Shown here: in pieces, positions 27,072-36,566 of the stretch | Layout: each line of letters starts with the position of its first letter | How positions within the stretch are numbered: the first letter of the stretch is position 1 | Virus record (IMG/VR): IMGVR_UViG_3300033148_002172 | Span: 1-57,908 of that record | From: a virus | Lineage: Duplodnaviria; Caudoviricetes | DNA length: 57,908 nucleotides | Direction: 5' to 3' (one strand) | Program-made: the position numbers and the translations under genes | Notes under the pieces: model-generated | Seen by the model: the letters and a program-made list of their open reading frames with translations, nothing else | The model's database searches: none | Told to the model about the DNA's origin: nothing

Positions 27072-27989
27072 ATGGAGATGGATGCAAATGAGGCAATGGA
27101 AGCACCTACAGCAGCAGCAGAACCTACCGCAGCAGAACCTACAGCAGCAGCAGAACCTATTGCAGCAGAACCTATTGCAGCAGAACCTATTGCAGCAGAA
27201 CCTACCGCAGCAGAACCAGCGCAAGAGAGTTTTCCTGACGTAGATTCTTTCTCATGGGACGAGTGGGATGGGAAAAGCTATGAGCAGTTTCCAGAACAAG
27301 TACGTTCTTGGGCGGATAAAATAGGATCTAAACACGCTAAAGATGTACACAGTTTGCAGAGTAGTCATGGCACGGAGCTGGACTACTGGAAGAGAATGTA
27401 CGAGGCTATGCAGTACGGGGACGAAGATCCTAGAATAGGAGATATGACATCCCAACTAGAGAAGATAACTAGTGACAAGCAGGACATGGAGCAGAGATAT
27501 GCACAGCTTCAAAAGACAGTAAACGCCGAAAGAGAAGAGGAGAATGGTAGGTATTTCACATGGTTTGAGACTAACTACCAAAGTAAGCTAGAAAGTCTGG
27601 CCTCCACTTACGGAGTAGAAAAAGCAGAGCAGATGGTTTTAGAGCTTATGGACATGGATATGGATGTCCATATAGCTGTTGAGGTGTCCTTACTAGGAGA
27701 GCAGGCTTACAATACAGCTAAGGAATTATCAAAGAGAATACAAGATACAGATCTTATCCTAGAAGTAGTAAAGAGCCGCTATGCTGGTGCCCAACCGCAA
27801 GCACCTGTGAAAGAGGCGGAGAAACCCAAGAATCCAGCTACCCAGGTTATAGCGGGAAGTGCTCCAGTATCCAGACCCGTACAACTATCTAAAGAGAAGG
27901 CTCCCTCATATGGAGCAGATAGGAACCAAAGGATGGCATCTTTAATGTCAGCCGCAGAGAACGCGATAAGGAAATCTAAGCGTAGATAA
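27072..27989 (+). CDS. Putative capsid scaffolding protein
   Basis: Acidic, coiled-coil, basic C-terminal tip, AAEP repeats; directly upstream of the major capsid gene. Confidence 0.65.
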   Translation: MEMDANEAMEAPTAAAEPTAAEPTAAAEPIAAEPIAAEPIAAEPTAAEPAQESFPDVDSFSWDEWDGKSYEQFPEQVRSWADKIGSKHAKDVHSLQSSHGTELDYWKRMYEAMQYGDEDPRIGDMTSQLEKITSDKQDMEQRYAQLQKTVNAEREEENGRYFTWFETNYQSKLESLASTYGVEKAEQMVLELMDMDMDVHIAVEVSLLGEQAYNTAKELSKRIQDTDLILEVVKSRYAGAQPQAPVKEAEKPKNPATQVIAGSAPVSRPVQLSKEKAPSYGADRNQRMASLMSAAENAIRKSKRR

Positions 27990-28093
27990 GGTTGCAAGTT
28001 TTTTAAGTGCATGTTATAGGGACCGAAGTGGTCTAACTTTTTAACCGCGTAGTCACCATAGGTGGCTTAAACCACCTACTGTGGAGAATCGAA

Positions 28094-29184
28094 ATGGCTT
28101 TTAGCCCAGACGTACTAACTACCGCTCTCCAGGAACTGATGCCCGGTTTCTCGGAGACTTTTACTAAGTTTCACCCCGCTTTTGACGCCATTATCATGAA
28201 GGGCAATAAGCGTCAAGCACAAGGTCCTTACATCCAGTTTGCTCTTGTACCTGATGGTCCCGGTTTCTTAACCCAGATCGTCTCAGGTAACGAGGTAATT
28301 GCTGGGGGACGTAAGCAAAACGCGATTCGAGCTACTGAATTTGCAGCTACGATGATTTATGCTTATGATGTTCCCGGACAGGACTTGCGAGAAGCTAACA
28401 ACAAGATGGATCTTGTTGAGATCTTGTTGAGCTTATCCGACGTTACCCAGAGCGCTCTCTTGCAGAGTTCCACGAGCTTATCGCTCGTCAGCTTGTTATG
28501 GGCGACGTTACCGACGCTAATAACTTCCTTACATGGAACGGCGATGCCCAGTATGACCCTAAGGGTCTAGGTGGACAAGATGGAATTTTCTCCTTCGTAG
28601 CTCCAGCAGCTCAGGCTACTTCGGTATTTGGCGTAGTCAAAAACTCCATTCCAGGATGGCATAACCAATACCAACATATCGCGTCTTTCACGGCTGAAGG
28701 CCGACGACAGATGCGCGCAGCTTACTACGATGCTAGCCAGGAAATGGCTAACACCGAGGGCGATGTTGACTTGATGTTTGCTGACCGTGGAACCTTCGAT
28801 AACTACATTGACGACTTGGATGACCAAGTTCAAATCGTTACTCGTAGTACTCGCGACGGTGATCGCGCTCCAGGTAAGATGCGAGAAGGGATCAAGTTCC
28901 TTAACGCAGTTGTGTACCCAGAGCAGTACATCGTCCCTGCTAACTTTACTACAGCTAACGCCCAAGAGGGTGTATGCTACGGCATCCACTCTAGCACATG
29001 GAAACTGTTCACAATGGGCGGTTCTATGAGTGGTGCGGATGCTACCAAGGGATTCTTCGATAGCCGTGGACCCGTTCGATTACCTACACAAGACATGTGG
29101 CGTTATGAGTACGTCCTTTCCTTGGGTATGTACTGTGACCAACTTCGTTGTAACTTCGCTGTAACAGGCGGCGGTAACCCATAG
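28094..29184 (+). CDS. Major capsid protein, split by an 11-bp tandem duplication; 359 aa when repaired
   Basis: ATCTTGTTGAG repeated at 28410-28431; removal joins ORFs 28094..28570 and 28498..29184; size, position and distinct codon usage fit a major capsid gene. Confidence 0.8.
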
Positions 29185-29205
29185 ATCTTTTAAGGAGATA
29201 TTCTT

Positions 29206-29819
29206 ATGTCAACTAAACTTTCATCCGAGCAGCATCAGCATCCGGCGCTTTAGGTGTATCCCAAGGGGGGCCTCAGGCAGAGCTAGGTGCTAAAGTAACA
29301 GCAAACGCCCAAGATGGGTCTACTAGGGTATTATACTATGTAGACGCTGCCGGAGACGCTATTACAGCAAGCGGTCCATTGTACCAACCTGAAGCTACAG
29401 ATGTTGCAGTAACGGTACCGGAGGGGTCGGGCGACCAAACTTGGGCGTACGTTCAGGTTGGTGCTGTAGCTATCACTAGAGGAGAGACCGTAGCCCTAGT
29501 CAATGTCGCACCTGCAATCGTTAGTGGCTTCCCGGTTCCTCGGCACACTAGCTACGGCGGAGTGCTTACGGGTACGGCAGTGGCAGCCAATATGATTGCG
29601 GGCGTTGCTCAGCATAACATTCCCGCATTGCACTTTGGCTGGATCTTAGTCAAGGGTGTGGGCATTGCCAAACTTGATGTCACGGTAGCTGCTGGCGAAG
29701 AACTTGTAGCAGCAGCAGCGGGCGCATTTGCCGGTATTGTTGCTCCTTTATCTGGGGGACTCGGAGTTGCCCTCGTTGCAGGTGTTGCGGCAACTGGAGC
29801 CGTTAAACTAGATATCTAA
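29206..29819 (+). CDS. Putative capsid cement/decoration protein, with an apparent 1-nt frameshift just after the start
   Basis: ATG 29206 has a strong AAGGAG RBS but is out of frame; the frame of ORF 29379..29819 is open from 29217; Ala/Gly/Val-rich, FGWILVKG. Confidence 0.6.
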
Positions 29820-29847
29820 TACACTTTATTTCTGTTGTGTTGTGTTT

Positions 29848-29891
29848 AGGCCCCTGGCCCCGTAAGATAAGGGGTTGGGGGCCTTTTATTT
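29848..29891 (+). terminator. Rho-independent terminator after the capsid operon
   Basis: AGGCCCCTGGCCCC...GGGGTTGGGGGCCT followed by TTTATTT. Confidence 0.75.
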
Positions 29892-29900
29892 GGAGATAGA

Positions 29901-31433
29901 ATGGCTGGATTGAAAACGTATAATTTAGCTGGTATTAGAGCAGCCATATTCTCTCAAGCAGATTGGGCACCTAGTAATTCTCCGGTAGCACAAGACAGGG
30001 TAGATGAGTTTATTAATAGAGCGTACTTCCGCATGTCGGAGGAAGCGCCTTTTCTTTTCTTTGAATCTCAGATTAGAATGGCTATTGACCCAGATGTTAA
30101 TAAGGGGTCATCCACAGATCTGCTGAAAATTATGGACGGAGACGCATGGACCCTGGAAACAGAACTCGCAGAGGGTGCTGCCGGAAGTACTGTATGGAAT
30201 GAGGACAGGCTTTGGGATGGCAGGACCATACAGCTCTATGACGATGATCAACAGAGGTGGGTAAAGTATACAATTAGGGAGGTAACCCCTAAACTTAGTT
30301 TTCTGGGAGCCGTTATAGGCCATATAATTACCCTAGATAGGCCGTGGAAAAACTCCACGGATACGGGTATTGATTGGTTCATAGAGACCCACGAGTTTAA
30401 TATACCCCAAGATGTTATAGAGGTAAGGGCTATGACCTTACAAAGAAGCAATTCTATGTACCCACTATCTATACTGGGCCAAGACTCCGCCGAGTGGTCT
30501 AGCTTGTCGAATAGTGGCAGAATTGTATCTAAAGGTCTACCAAGGTGGGCTTTTCGTAGAGAGCATAAGTCACTAAGAGCACCCACGTTTGAGCCGGTAG
30601 CCAGCACTGTAGCTCAGTGGCAAGGGCCAGAACCTACTGGAAAGTTTGAGTATAGATTTACTTATATTTGGGGTAAACAGGAAGTATGGTTTCACAACCC
30701 TGGACCTATTAGGCAGTCCACAACGGACCCCAACGAGTCTAGATATCAGCCGTACCTAGAAAGCCCGCCCTCTACTAAAACAGCACAAATAGATAATACA
30801 GAGGATATAGGCGGAGGGACTTATAGCGCCATACGGATAAGCCTGCCCAACATAGATTTCACTTTAGGCTTTGATGATAGCACTACAGCCAGATACCAGA
30901 GGGCCGGTATTAAGAAGAGGGTCTACAGACGGCGCATATCGGAAGGTCCCCCCGTAGGAGCAGGAGGTGGATTTAGTCTAGAGACGCCAGACGACTTCTT
31001 CCTACTTGCAGAAGTAGATGGACACCTTACGACCTTTACAGACACAGGAACAGACACCCCAGACTACGGAGTACCCCTACAGCCAGTACACGGCTACCAG
31101 ACGGTACGCCTGTGGCCTACACCAGACACCAACTACACAGTAGAGGTAAGGTGTGTGAGACGCCCTAAGGCCCTAACTGACGCACAGGACTACCCCCTAA
31201 TTAGTGAAGACGCTATAGACTGCCTTATTACTAGGGCTATCGCGTACCTGTACGAGTCTCAAGGTAATGCAGCCATGGCTCAATTTGCCCTAACGGCATA
31301 CCAAGAGAACCTATTTGCTTTAGGGAAGAGGTACGGAGACTTGCGTTCTAAGTCTAGGCCTAGAAGGAGAAGGCCAGCTAGAGTTAGGCGTAACATTAAC
31401 CTGAGAAGGCTTTTGACAATTTCAGAGGGATAG
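29901..31433 (+). CDS. Putative head-tail adaptor / tail tubular protein A-like
   Basis: DEFINRAY, P.D..EV, GLPRW, RLWPTPD..Y pattern; follows the capsid operon. Confidence 0.6.
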   Translation: MAGLKTYNLAGIRAAIFSQADWAPSNSPVAQDRVDEFINRAYFRMSEEAPFLFFESQIRMAIDPDVNKGSSTDLLKIMDGDAWTLETELAEGAAGSTVWNEDRLWDGRTIQLYDDDQQRWVKYTIREVTPKLSFLGAVIGHIITLDRPWKNSTDTGIDWFIETHEFNIPQDVIEVRAMTLQRSNSMYPLSILGQDSAEWSSLSNSGRIVSKGLPRWAFRREHKSLRAPTFEPVASTVAQWQGPEPTGKFEYRFTYIWGKQEVWFHNPGPIRQSTTDPNESRYQPYLESPPSTKTAQIDNTEDIGGGTYSAIRISLPNIDFTLGFDDSTTARYQRAGIKKRVYRRRISEGPPVGAGGGFSLETPDDFFLLAEVDGHLTTFTDTGTDTPDYGVPLQPVHGYQTVRLWPTPDTNYTVEVRCVRRPKALTDAQDYPLISEDAIDCLITRAIAYLYESQGNAAMAQFALTAYQENLFALGKRYGDLRSKSRPRRRRPARVRRNINLRRLLTISEG

Positions 31434-31441
31434 AATATACT
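31413..31441 (+). promoter_or_regulatory. Sigma70-like promoter
   Basis: TTGACA-N17-TATACT. Confidence 0.65.
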
Positions 31442-31473
31442 ATCCAGCATAACTATTATCCTGGGAGGATATC

Positions 31474-31965
31474 TTGGCAAACCGTAGCTTATACACAACT
31501 AATCTAAAAACGGCACCCATTATAGCGGGCGGCGTATATTGCAAAATTACACAAGAGGGTAACAAGCAGTACGCCACCGTGCTTTGCTGCTCAGAGCGTA
31601 ATGATGGTCGGCTAGAGGGATGGCTTCAGTCTTACGGGTACCCACAGGAGCGTATTTTAGAAGGAAGTGAGTCTATGGCTGGATGGGACTTGATTGCAAC
31701 TCCTAAAACTTTAACAGAGCCTATCAGAAGTGAGAAGTTTGAGGACGAGATTACGACACTTAAGCGTGAATTGTCAGTCCTTAAGAAGCAGCTAGATACT
31801 AAGGAAGAGGCAGAAGCTCAAGGCTTCACACCAGACAAGATTAAAGAGCTTAGAGACTCAGGCCTTAAGTGGACAGAAGTAGGAGAAACACTAGGGGTGC
31901 CTTGGCAGACAGCTAAAAAGCAACTGGTAGAGTGGGAGAGAACACAAGCCAGTGCCGTGGGGTAG
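31474..31965 (+). CDS. Hypothetical protein with coiled coil and C-terminal HTH
   Basis: IKELRDSGLKWTEVGETLGVPWQTAKK; TTG start with GGAGG RBS. Confidence 0.6.
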   Translation: MANRSLYTTNLKTAPIIAGGVYCKITQEGNKQYATVLCCSERNDGRLEGWLQSYGYPQERILEGSESMAGWDLIATPKTLTEPIRSEKFEDEITTLKRELSVLKKQLDTKEEAEAQGFTPDKIKELRDSGLKWTEVGETLGVPWQTAKKQLVEWERTQASAVG

Positions 31966-31968
31966 TGT

Positions 31969-34248
31969 ATGGCGTGGGAAAAGAACAGGATAAAAGCTGG
32001 ACCCCTGGTATTTCACGGGGAGTCGGGCAGTTTAATTGCACCAGATAAGCTAGCTGGTGAGATTAAGAATATGAACATGACTACTGCAGGCTCATTGCGT
32101 TCTGTACATGGTCCTGTGGAATACGTCCCGTCTAAATACCAAGGGGCGCCCACTACCAAGGTATACAATGATCCACTACTGGGCATTTTCCATTGCACAA
32201 TAGAGGGAGGGGCTAGAGATATACTCCTGGCACACTTTACGGCACAAGCTGGATTACTAGGTAACCAATCGTGCATCAGAGAGTACAGGGGATGGAACCA
32301 AAGTTGGAAAACTATTATAGGGCACGATGCCGCCGCAATATATCAAATAAGGATAGCCCAAGCAGATGGAAGACCTCAGTTCTTAACCCAATTTGAGTCC
32401 ACTCCTACTGGCGTAGTAATTGTACCGCAAGGTGACCGTGCTTATTTCTATGACGGCTATGCAGCAACACCTCTCGGCTATTCGGAGATACCCGGACCTC
32501 CAAGTGGTCTAGGTCCCATAAAAAATACCGTGGCCGATGGTGCCGATAGCAAAGATGAACCTAATAAGTTAGGGTATAGCCATACTGGGCAAAACATGAG
32601 TCAGGTAATGGGCACATCCAGGATAGGCAGTGTTAACTATGATGGCGGAGGTTTCAGTAACCAAAACCCCCTTGGTGGTACTTTAGAGGAGGGGGAGTGG
32701 AGAGCATCCGTGCAGTGGTTAGATAGGTGGGGTAACGTATCTGCCCTGTCTGGACCATCAGAACCCGTTAAAGTAGACAAGCAGGACAATTACGGTGAAG
32801 GCTGGGGCGGCCCTGTGGTTCAACAAACTGCGGAAAGGCAAAAGGTGCAAGTGTGCTGGACAGGCATACCAGCAGGTAGGGACGGAACTATAGGTAGGGT
32901 TTTATGTAGGACTAGGGACCTTAAGTGGTCGGGATCTACGGATATGTACGAGATACCTAACTATTCTGGTACGGGTATTTTAGCTTTATCTAGTATACCC
33001 GATAACACTTCAGAGATATTCCCAGACAATGTACCTGATAGCTGGCTACTGAAGGTACCTATGGACCCCGTACCTGTACCCAATTTCAAACTATGCCGTA
33101 TGGCCTTTGGTAGATTATGGATTGCAAACTGGGATGGGGGAGAGGGTGTAATACGCCCCTCTGCTCCCCTGTTTTGGGGCACATTCCCTAAAAATGAAGA
33201 AATTATTCCAGATCCTACCGGTGCCCATATTACGGGTATGTGGAACTCCAAATTTGGTTTGCTTGTGTTTACAGAAAGCTCTACATTTCTAATAGAACCC
33301 AATGCAGAAGGTACGGGTTTCAGAGCAGCTACCCTAAATAGGGAGATAGGTTGTGTTTCTCCTGACTCTATAGGTACCCTACCTAATGGAACGGCTATAT
33401 GGCTAGGGGATACGGGGTTTTATGCTTATGATGGGAAAGATGTAAAGCTAATATCTTCAGATATTACGGATAAGGTAATTCGCAGGATTAACCGGGGATA
33501 TAGGCTTCAGTCTTGTGCAGCGGTAGATATGGTTATGGGGGAGTATAGGTGCTCCATACCAGTAGATGGCTCTATCAAGAATAACTTAATAGTCATATTT
33601 GATGGGGTAGGTTGGCGAGAGCGCGACGACGTTAAGATGCAGGCTGTTTGTGTTACTAGAGATCACAGGTCTTACATGCTAGCTCTAGGGTATGCAGACG
33701 CAACAAACACGGAGACAACTAATCCTGTACTAGACAAGCCCTCTGTGTGGCTTTTAGATCACGATGGCAGAGGAGTGTATGAAGCAGACCAGCATGAGGG
33801 CGTAATAGAGTCCCACTGGCTTAAGCCTTCTAAATCTTTTAGGCGCACATCTCCCTTGAGGGTCAAGATATGGCTGAGAGAGACAATTAAAGGTGCCTTA
33901 TCTGTAGAGGTATACAGGGACTGGAGAGTACATCCAGTAGTAGAGACAGCAGTATCCCCGAAGCTATATCCCACAGATGATCCACCTCCTTTCTGGGACG
34001 AGACAATACTGGGTGGAACGCATGTAGATAACATGAGGCCCAATGCAGAGGGTACGGCTATAGACAATTTTTGGACTAAGCGAAGGCCACACTGGGTAGT
34101 AGCGGATGTTATGGTGCCAGCAGCAGAGGTATATAAGTTCAAGTTTAAGTATACAGGGGACTGGGATTTCATAGGTATTATATTTGAAGAGATCGACAGT
34201 GACGGCGGGGGAGAGAAGATACCATCTGGAGGATATAGTGGCTCTTAA
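31969..34248 (+). CDS. Putative tail nozzle / tubular protein B-like stabilisation protein
   Basis: 759 aa, beta-propeller-like; GRLWIAN, LLVFTES, IGCVSPDSI, GFYAYDG, ISSDI. Confidence 0.7.
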   Translation: MAWEKNRIKAGPLVFHGESGSLIAPDKLAGEIKNMNMTTAGSLRSVHGPVEYVPSKYQGAPTTKVYNDPLLGIFHCTIEGGARDILLAHFTAQAGLLGNQSCIREYRGWNQSWKTIIGHDAAAIYQIRIAQADGRPQFLTQFESTPTGVVIVPQGDRAYFYDGYAATPLGYSEIPGPPSGLGPIKNTVADGADSKDEPNKLGYSHTGQNMSQVMGTSRIGSVNYDGGGFSNQNPLGGTLEEGEWRASVQWLDRWGNVSALSGPSEPVKVDKQDNYGEGWGGPVVQQTAERQKVQVCWTGIPAGRDGTIGRVLCRTRDLKWSGSTDMYEIPNYSGTGILALSSIPDNTSEIFPDNVPDSWLLKVPMDPVPVPNFKLCRMAFGRLWIANWDGGEGVIRPSAPLFWGTFPKNEEIIPDPTGAHITGMWNSKFGLLVFTESSTFLIEPNAEGTGFRAATLNREIGCVSPDSIGTLPNGTAIWLGDTGFYAYDGKDVKLISSDITDKVIRRINRGYRLQSCAAVDMVMGEYRCSIPVDGSIKNNLIVIFDGVGWRERDDVKMQAVCVTRDHRSYMLALGYADATNTETTNPVLDKPSVWLLDHDGRGVYEADQHEGVIESHWLKPSKSFRRTSPLRVKIWLRETIKGALSVEVYRDWRVHPVVETAVSPKLYPTDDPPPFWDETILGGTHVDNMRPNAEGTAIDNFWTKRRPHWVVADVMVPAAEVYKFKFKYTGDWDFIGIIFEEIDSDGGGEKIPSGGYSGS

Positions 34249-34927
34249 GTTCCCAAAACGTAGGGTGAGGCCCTCAGAGGCCCACGATATACAAGACATG
34301 AACGATAGTCTACTACCCGTAGTAGAGGAGATGGGGAGGCTAAACGAGCACAACTTTTCGGGTGTTATGGGTGGAGAGCTGGATATTACTGATATGGATC
34401 TCAATGTAGCGTTTAAGACCGTACACAGCGAAGTCTTTATAGATGTATCTACAAATAATGCTGCGGGGCTGCTCGCGGTAACCAATATACCCCAAAATGA
34501 GCTATGGACACCTATCCACGCAGACACGCTAACCAAAACCTTCACAAGTACAGACGGCGGAATGTTCCGGCTTATCGCAGGAGGGCAGTACTCTATAAAA
34601 AGCACTCCATCGGGTCCTGACTATGACTCCTCTCCATATAATTTATTTGCTTTTCGTATAGATGGGGCGGTATTGCCCGATTGTATTATAGGGGACCAAG
34701 ACTTTTATAACTCCGATCCCCACATGGAGATAGGGGCAACAGGAGCACACGATAGCTTTTTACTAGATTTTATAGTACACCTATCCCCCGGAATACATAC
34801 AGTAGAAGTGGTATGCCAGACCAGGAATATACTAGGGGTTAAGAGAAAAGATTTAGGTGCTACTGTACGGCCTATACCCCTACCTATATTTACGGCGGAA
34901 GCTCTTTATTGGGAGATGTCTAGATAA
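34238..34927 (+). CDS. Putative tail structural protein
   Basis: Beta-rich ORF, GTG 34238 with GGAGG RBS. Confidence 0.55.
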   Translation: MALKFPKRRVRPSEAHDIQDMNDSLLPVVEEMGRLNEHNFSGVMGGELDITDMDLNVAFKTVHSEVFIDVSTNNAAGLLAVTNIPQNELWTPIHADTLTKTFTSTDGGMFRLIAGGQYSIKSTPSGPDYDSSPYNLFAFRIDGAVLPDCIIGDQDFYNSDPHMEIGATGAHDSFLLDFIVHLSPGIHTVEVVCQTRNILGVKRKDLGATVRPIPLPIFTAEALYWEMSR

Positions 34928-34928
34928 C

Positions 34929-35714
34929 ATGCCTATTAACTATAATAAACTGGATGAGGGAGATAAGTTAGACGCGGCTAGTTTAAACAGCCGCTTCGAC
35001 GCTATAGGTGGTGCAGGCCAGGGGGTAAATAGTTTAGGGCAAGAGGACTTAGAGAGGAACGCTTTAAGAAATGCTCATACGCCTTCGCTAATTACCTCTT
35101 CGGACTTCCCAAATGGTCTTAGTAAGGTAGGCTTTGCTGGTGTAGCTGAGACGTATGCAACAACTCTGAACCCAGGAGTAGTAGGTGTACCAGCAGGATA
35201 CCTAACAACCTTCGGAGCAGCGGCCCCCAATGCACCTTATGGGCCAGTTGTGGGAGACACGGGCTGGAGAATACCAGCTACAAACAACGTAATAGCTGAC
35301 GCTGCGGAGATAACATTCCCTACTATAACAGTCACACCTACCTATATAGGAGATTACGAAGGCTTTCTAGTGCGGCTAGGTATAGCTCTGGATGGTATAG
35401 ATCCCACGGACGACGTACAAAATGGCCACAGCCCTTCTGTAGTTATAGGCATAGGGTGGATGGATGGGGGAGGAACTCGTAGGGTCATAAATAGGAGTAT
35501 ACGGTGGTGCCACATCCAAAATAGGGTTAAAGGAAGTCTAGATACTTTTACTTTTATAAAGCAGGAAGATATCGGAGCTGGCGTAGATATACAAAGCGTG
35601 TTCGGCGTAATAGCTGGGGCGAATAAGAACATAGCTGTTGCCACATCGCCTGCTCCGAAAATCACATTTTACAATCTAAGCCTTATCCCTATTAGATCTG
35701 GAGCATTAGAGTAA
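34929..35714 (+). CDS. Putative tail structural protein
   Basis: ATG 34929; EGDKLDAASLNSRF N-terminus. Confidence 0.55.
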   Translation: MPINYNKLDEGDKLDAASLNSRFDAIGGAGQGVNSLGQEDLERNALRNAHTPSLITSSDFPNGLSKVGFAGVAETYATTLNPGVVGVPAGYLTTFGAAAPNAPYGPVVGDTGWRIPATNNVIADAAEITFPTITVTPTYIGDYEGFLVRLGIALDGIDPTDDVQNGHSPSVVIGIGWMDGGGTRRVINRSIRWCHIQNRVKGSLDTFTFIKQEDIGAGVDIQSVFGVIAGANKNIAVATSPAPKITFYNLSLIPIRSGALE

Positions 35715-36556
35715 TGCCCATCATTACCATACCTAATACTTTTGTAGACGGTGCAGCGTCCAACGCTGAACAGGTTTCTGAGAATACCTATTTACCTAAA
35801 AGTACACCAGACAACCTAGAGGTAATTAACGGTAGACTCACTAATCCTAATCGGGATGGGTGGTCTATTGGTAGAGAGGATGTCAGGAGAGGACACTTCT
35901 CACAGTCTACTATGGTCGCAGCCACCGCCAATCAAGACTTCTTTGATAACACCTTTATAGGGGTAGACGGCGACCCATCCGTATTTCCCGCACAGGAAGC
36001 TCTTGAGGAAGCCAAAGCTATACCGGGATGCGGGATATCTTTTTATGTACCGTGGACTGTGCAAGCCACTATTCTGACTTGGCATATATCTTTAATTGTA
36101 GATGTAAACCAAACAGCGCCAGAGTACAAATATACAATACCCTATAGTATCATGGGCGGAACAGGATCAGTCCATCCAGGGGGAGGTCCTGAGATATATC
36201 AGGACGGGGAAGTAGTTCTTATGCTATACATTAACGGGCTACCCATATACCCCATACGGAGAACAATACTAAACGGCGCGTCATCTATGGCTTACAATCC
36301 AGCGACCCCAGGTGTATACAATAACAATATGTATACACCAGATACTAGAGATTGGACGGGAAATTTATTATTTGATAGTACTTTAGGACCTGTGTTCTCC
36401 GCAGGGTTTGCTTTCCACCAAGATAATTGGCCTATATATGAGGGCTGGCACACTGCGGATATACGGATTGTATTCCCTCCGAATAGCGGAGCAGGCTTAG
36501 GCGTAAAGCAGGTGCGTGTCAAAACCCGTAGAATGGGTTATACATTAATTCGTTAA
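35714..36556 (+). CDS. Putative tail structural protein
   Basis: IPNTFVDG...AEQV..N N-terminus typical of tail-attached proteins. Confidence 0.55.
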   Translation: MPIITIPNTFVDGAASNAEQVSENTYLPKSTPDNLEVINGRLTNPNRDGWSIGREDVRRGHFSQSTMVAATANQDFFDNTFIGVDGDPSVFPAQEALEEAKAIPGCGISFYVPWTVQATILTWHISLIVDVNQTAPEYKYTIPYSIMGGTGSVHPGGGPEIYQDGEVVLMLYINGLPIYPIRRTILNGASSMAYNPATPGVYNNNMYTPDTRDWTGNLLFDSTLGPVFSAGFAFHQDNWPIYEGWHTADIRIVFPPNSGAGLGVKQVRVKTRRMGYTLIR

Positions 36557-36566
36557 GGAGTTTATT

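Noticed and set aside
28094-29184. Two separate capsid genes or a programmed frameshift
   Set aside because: An exact 11-bp duplication explains the break; no slippery site is present
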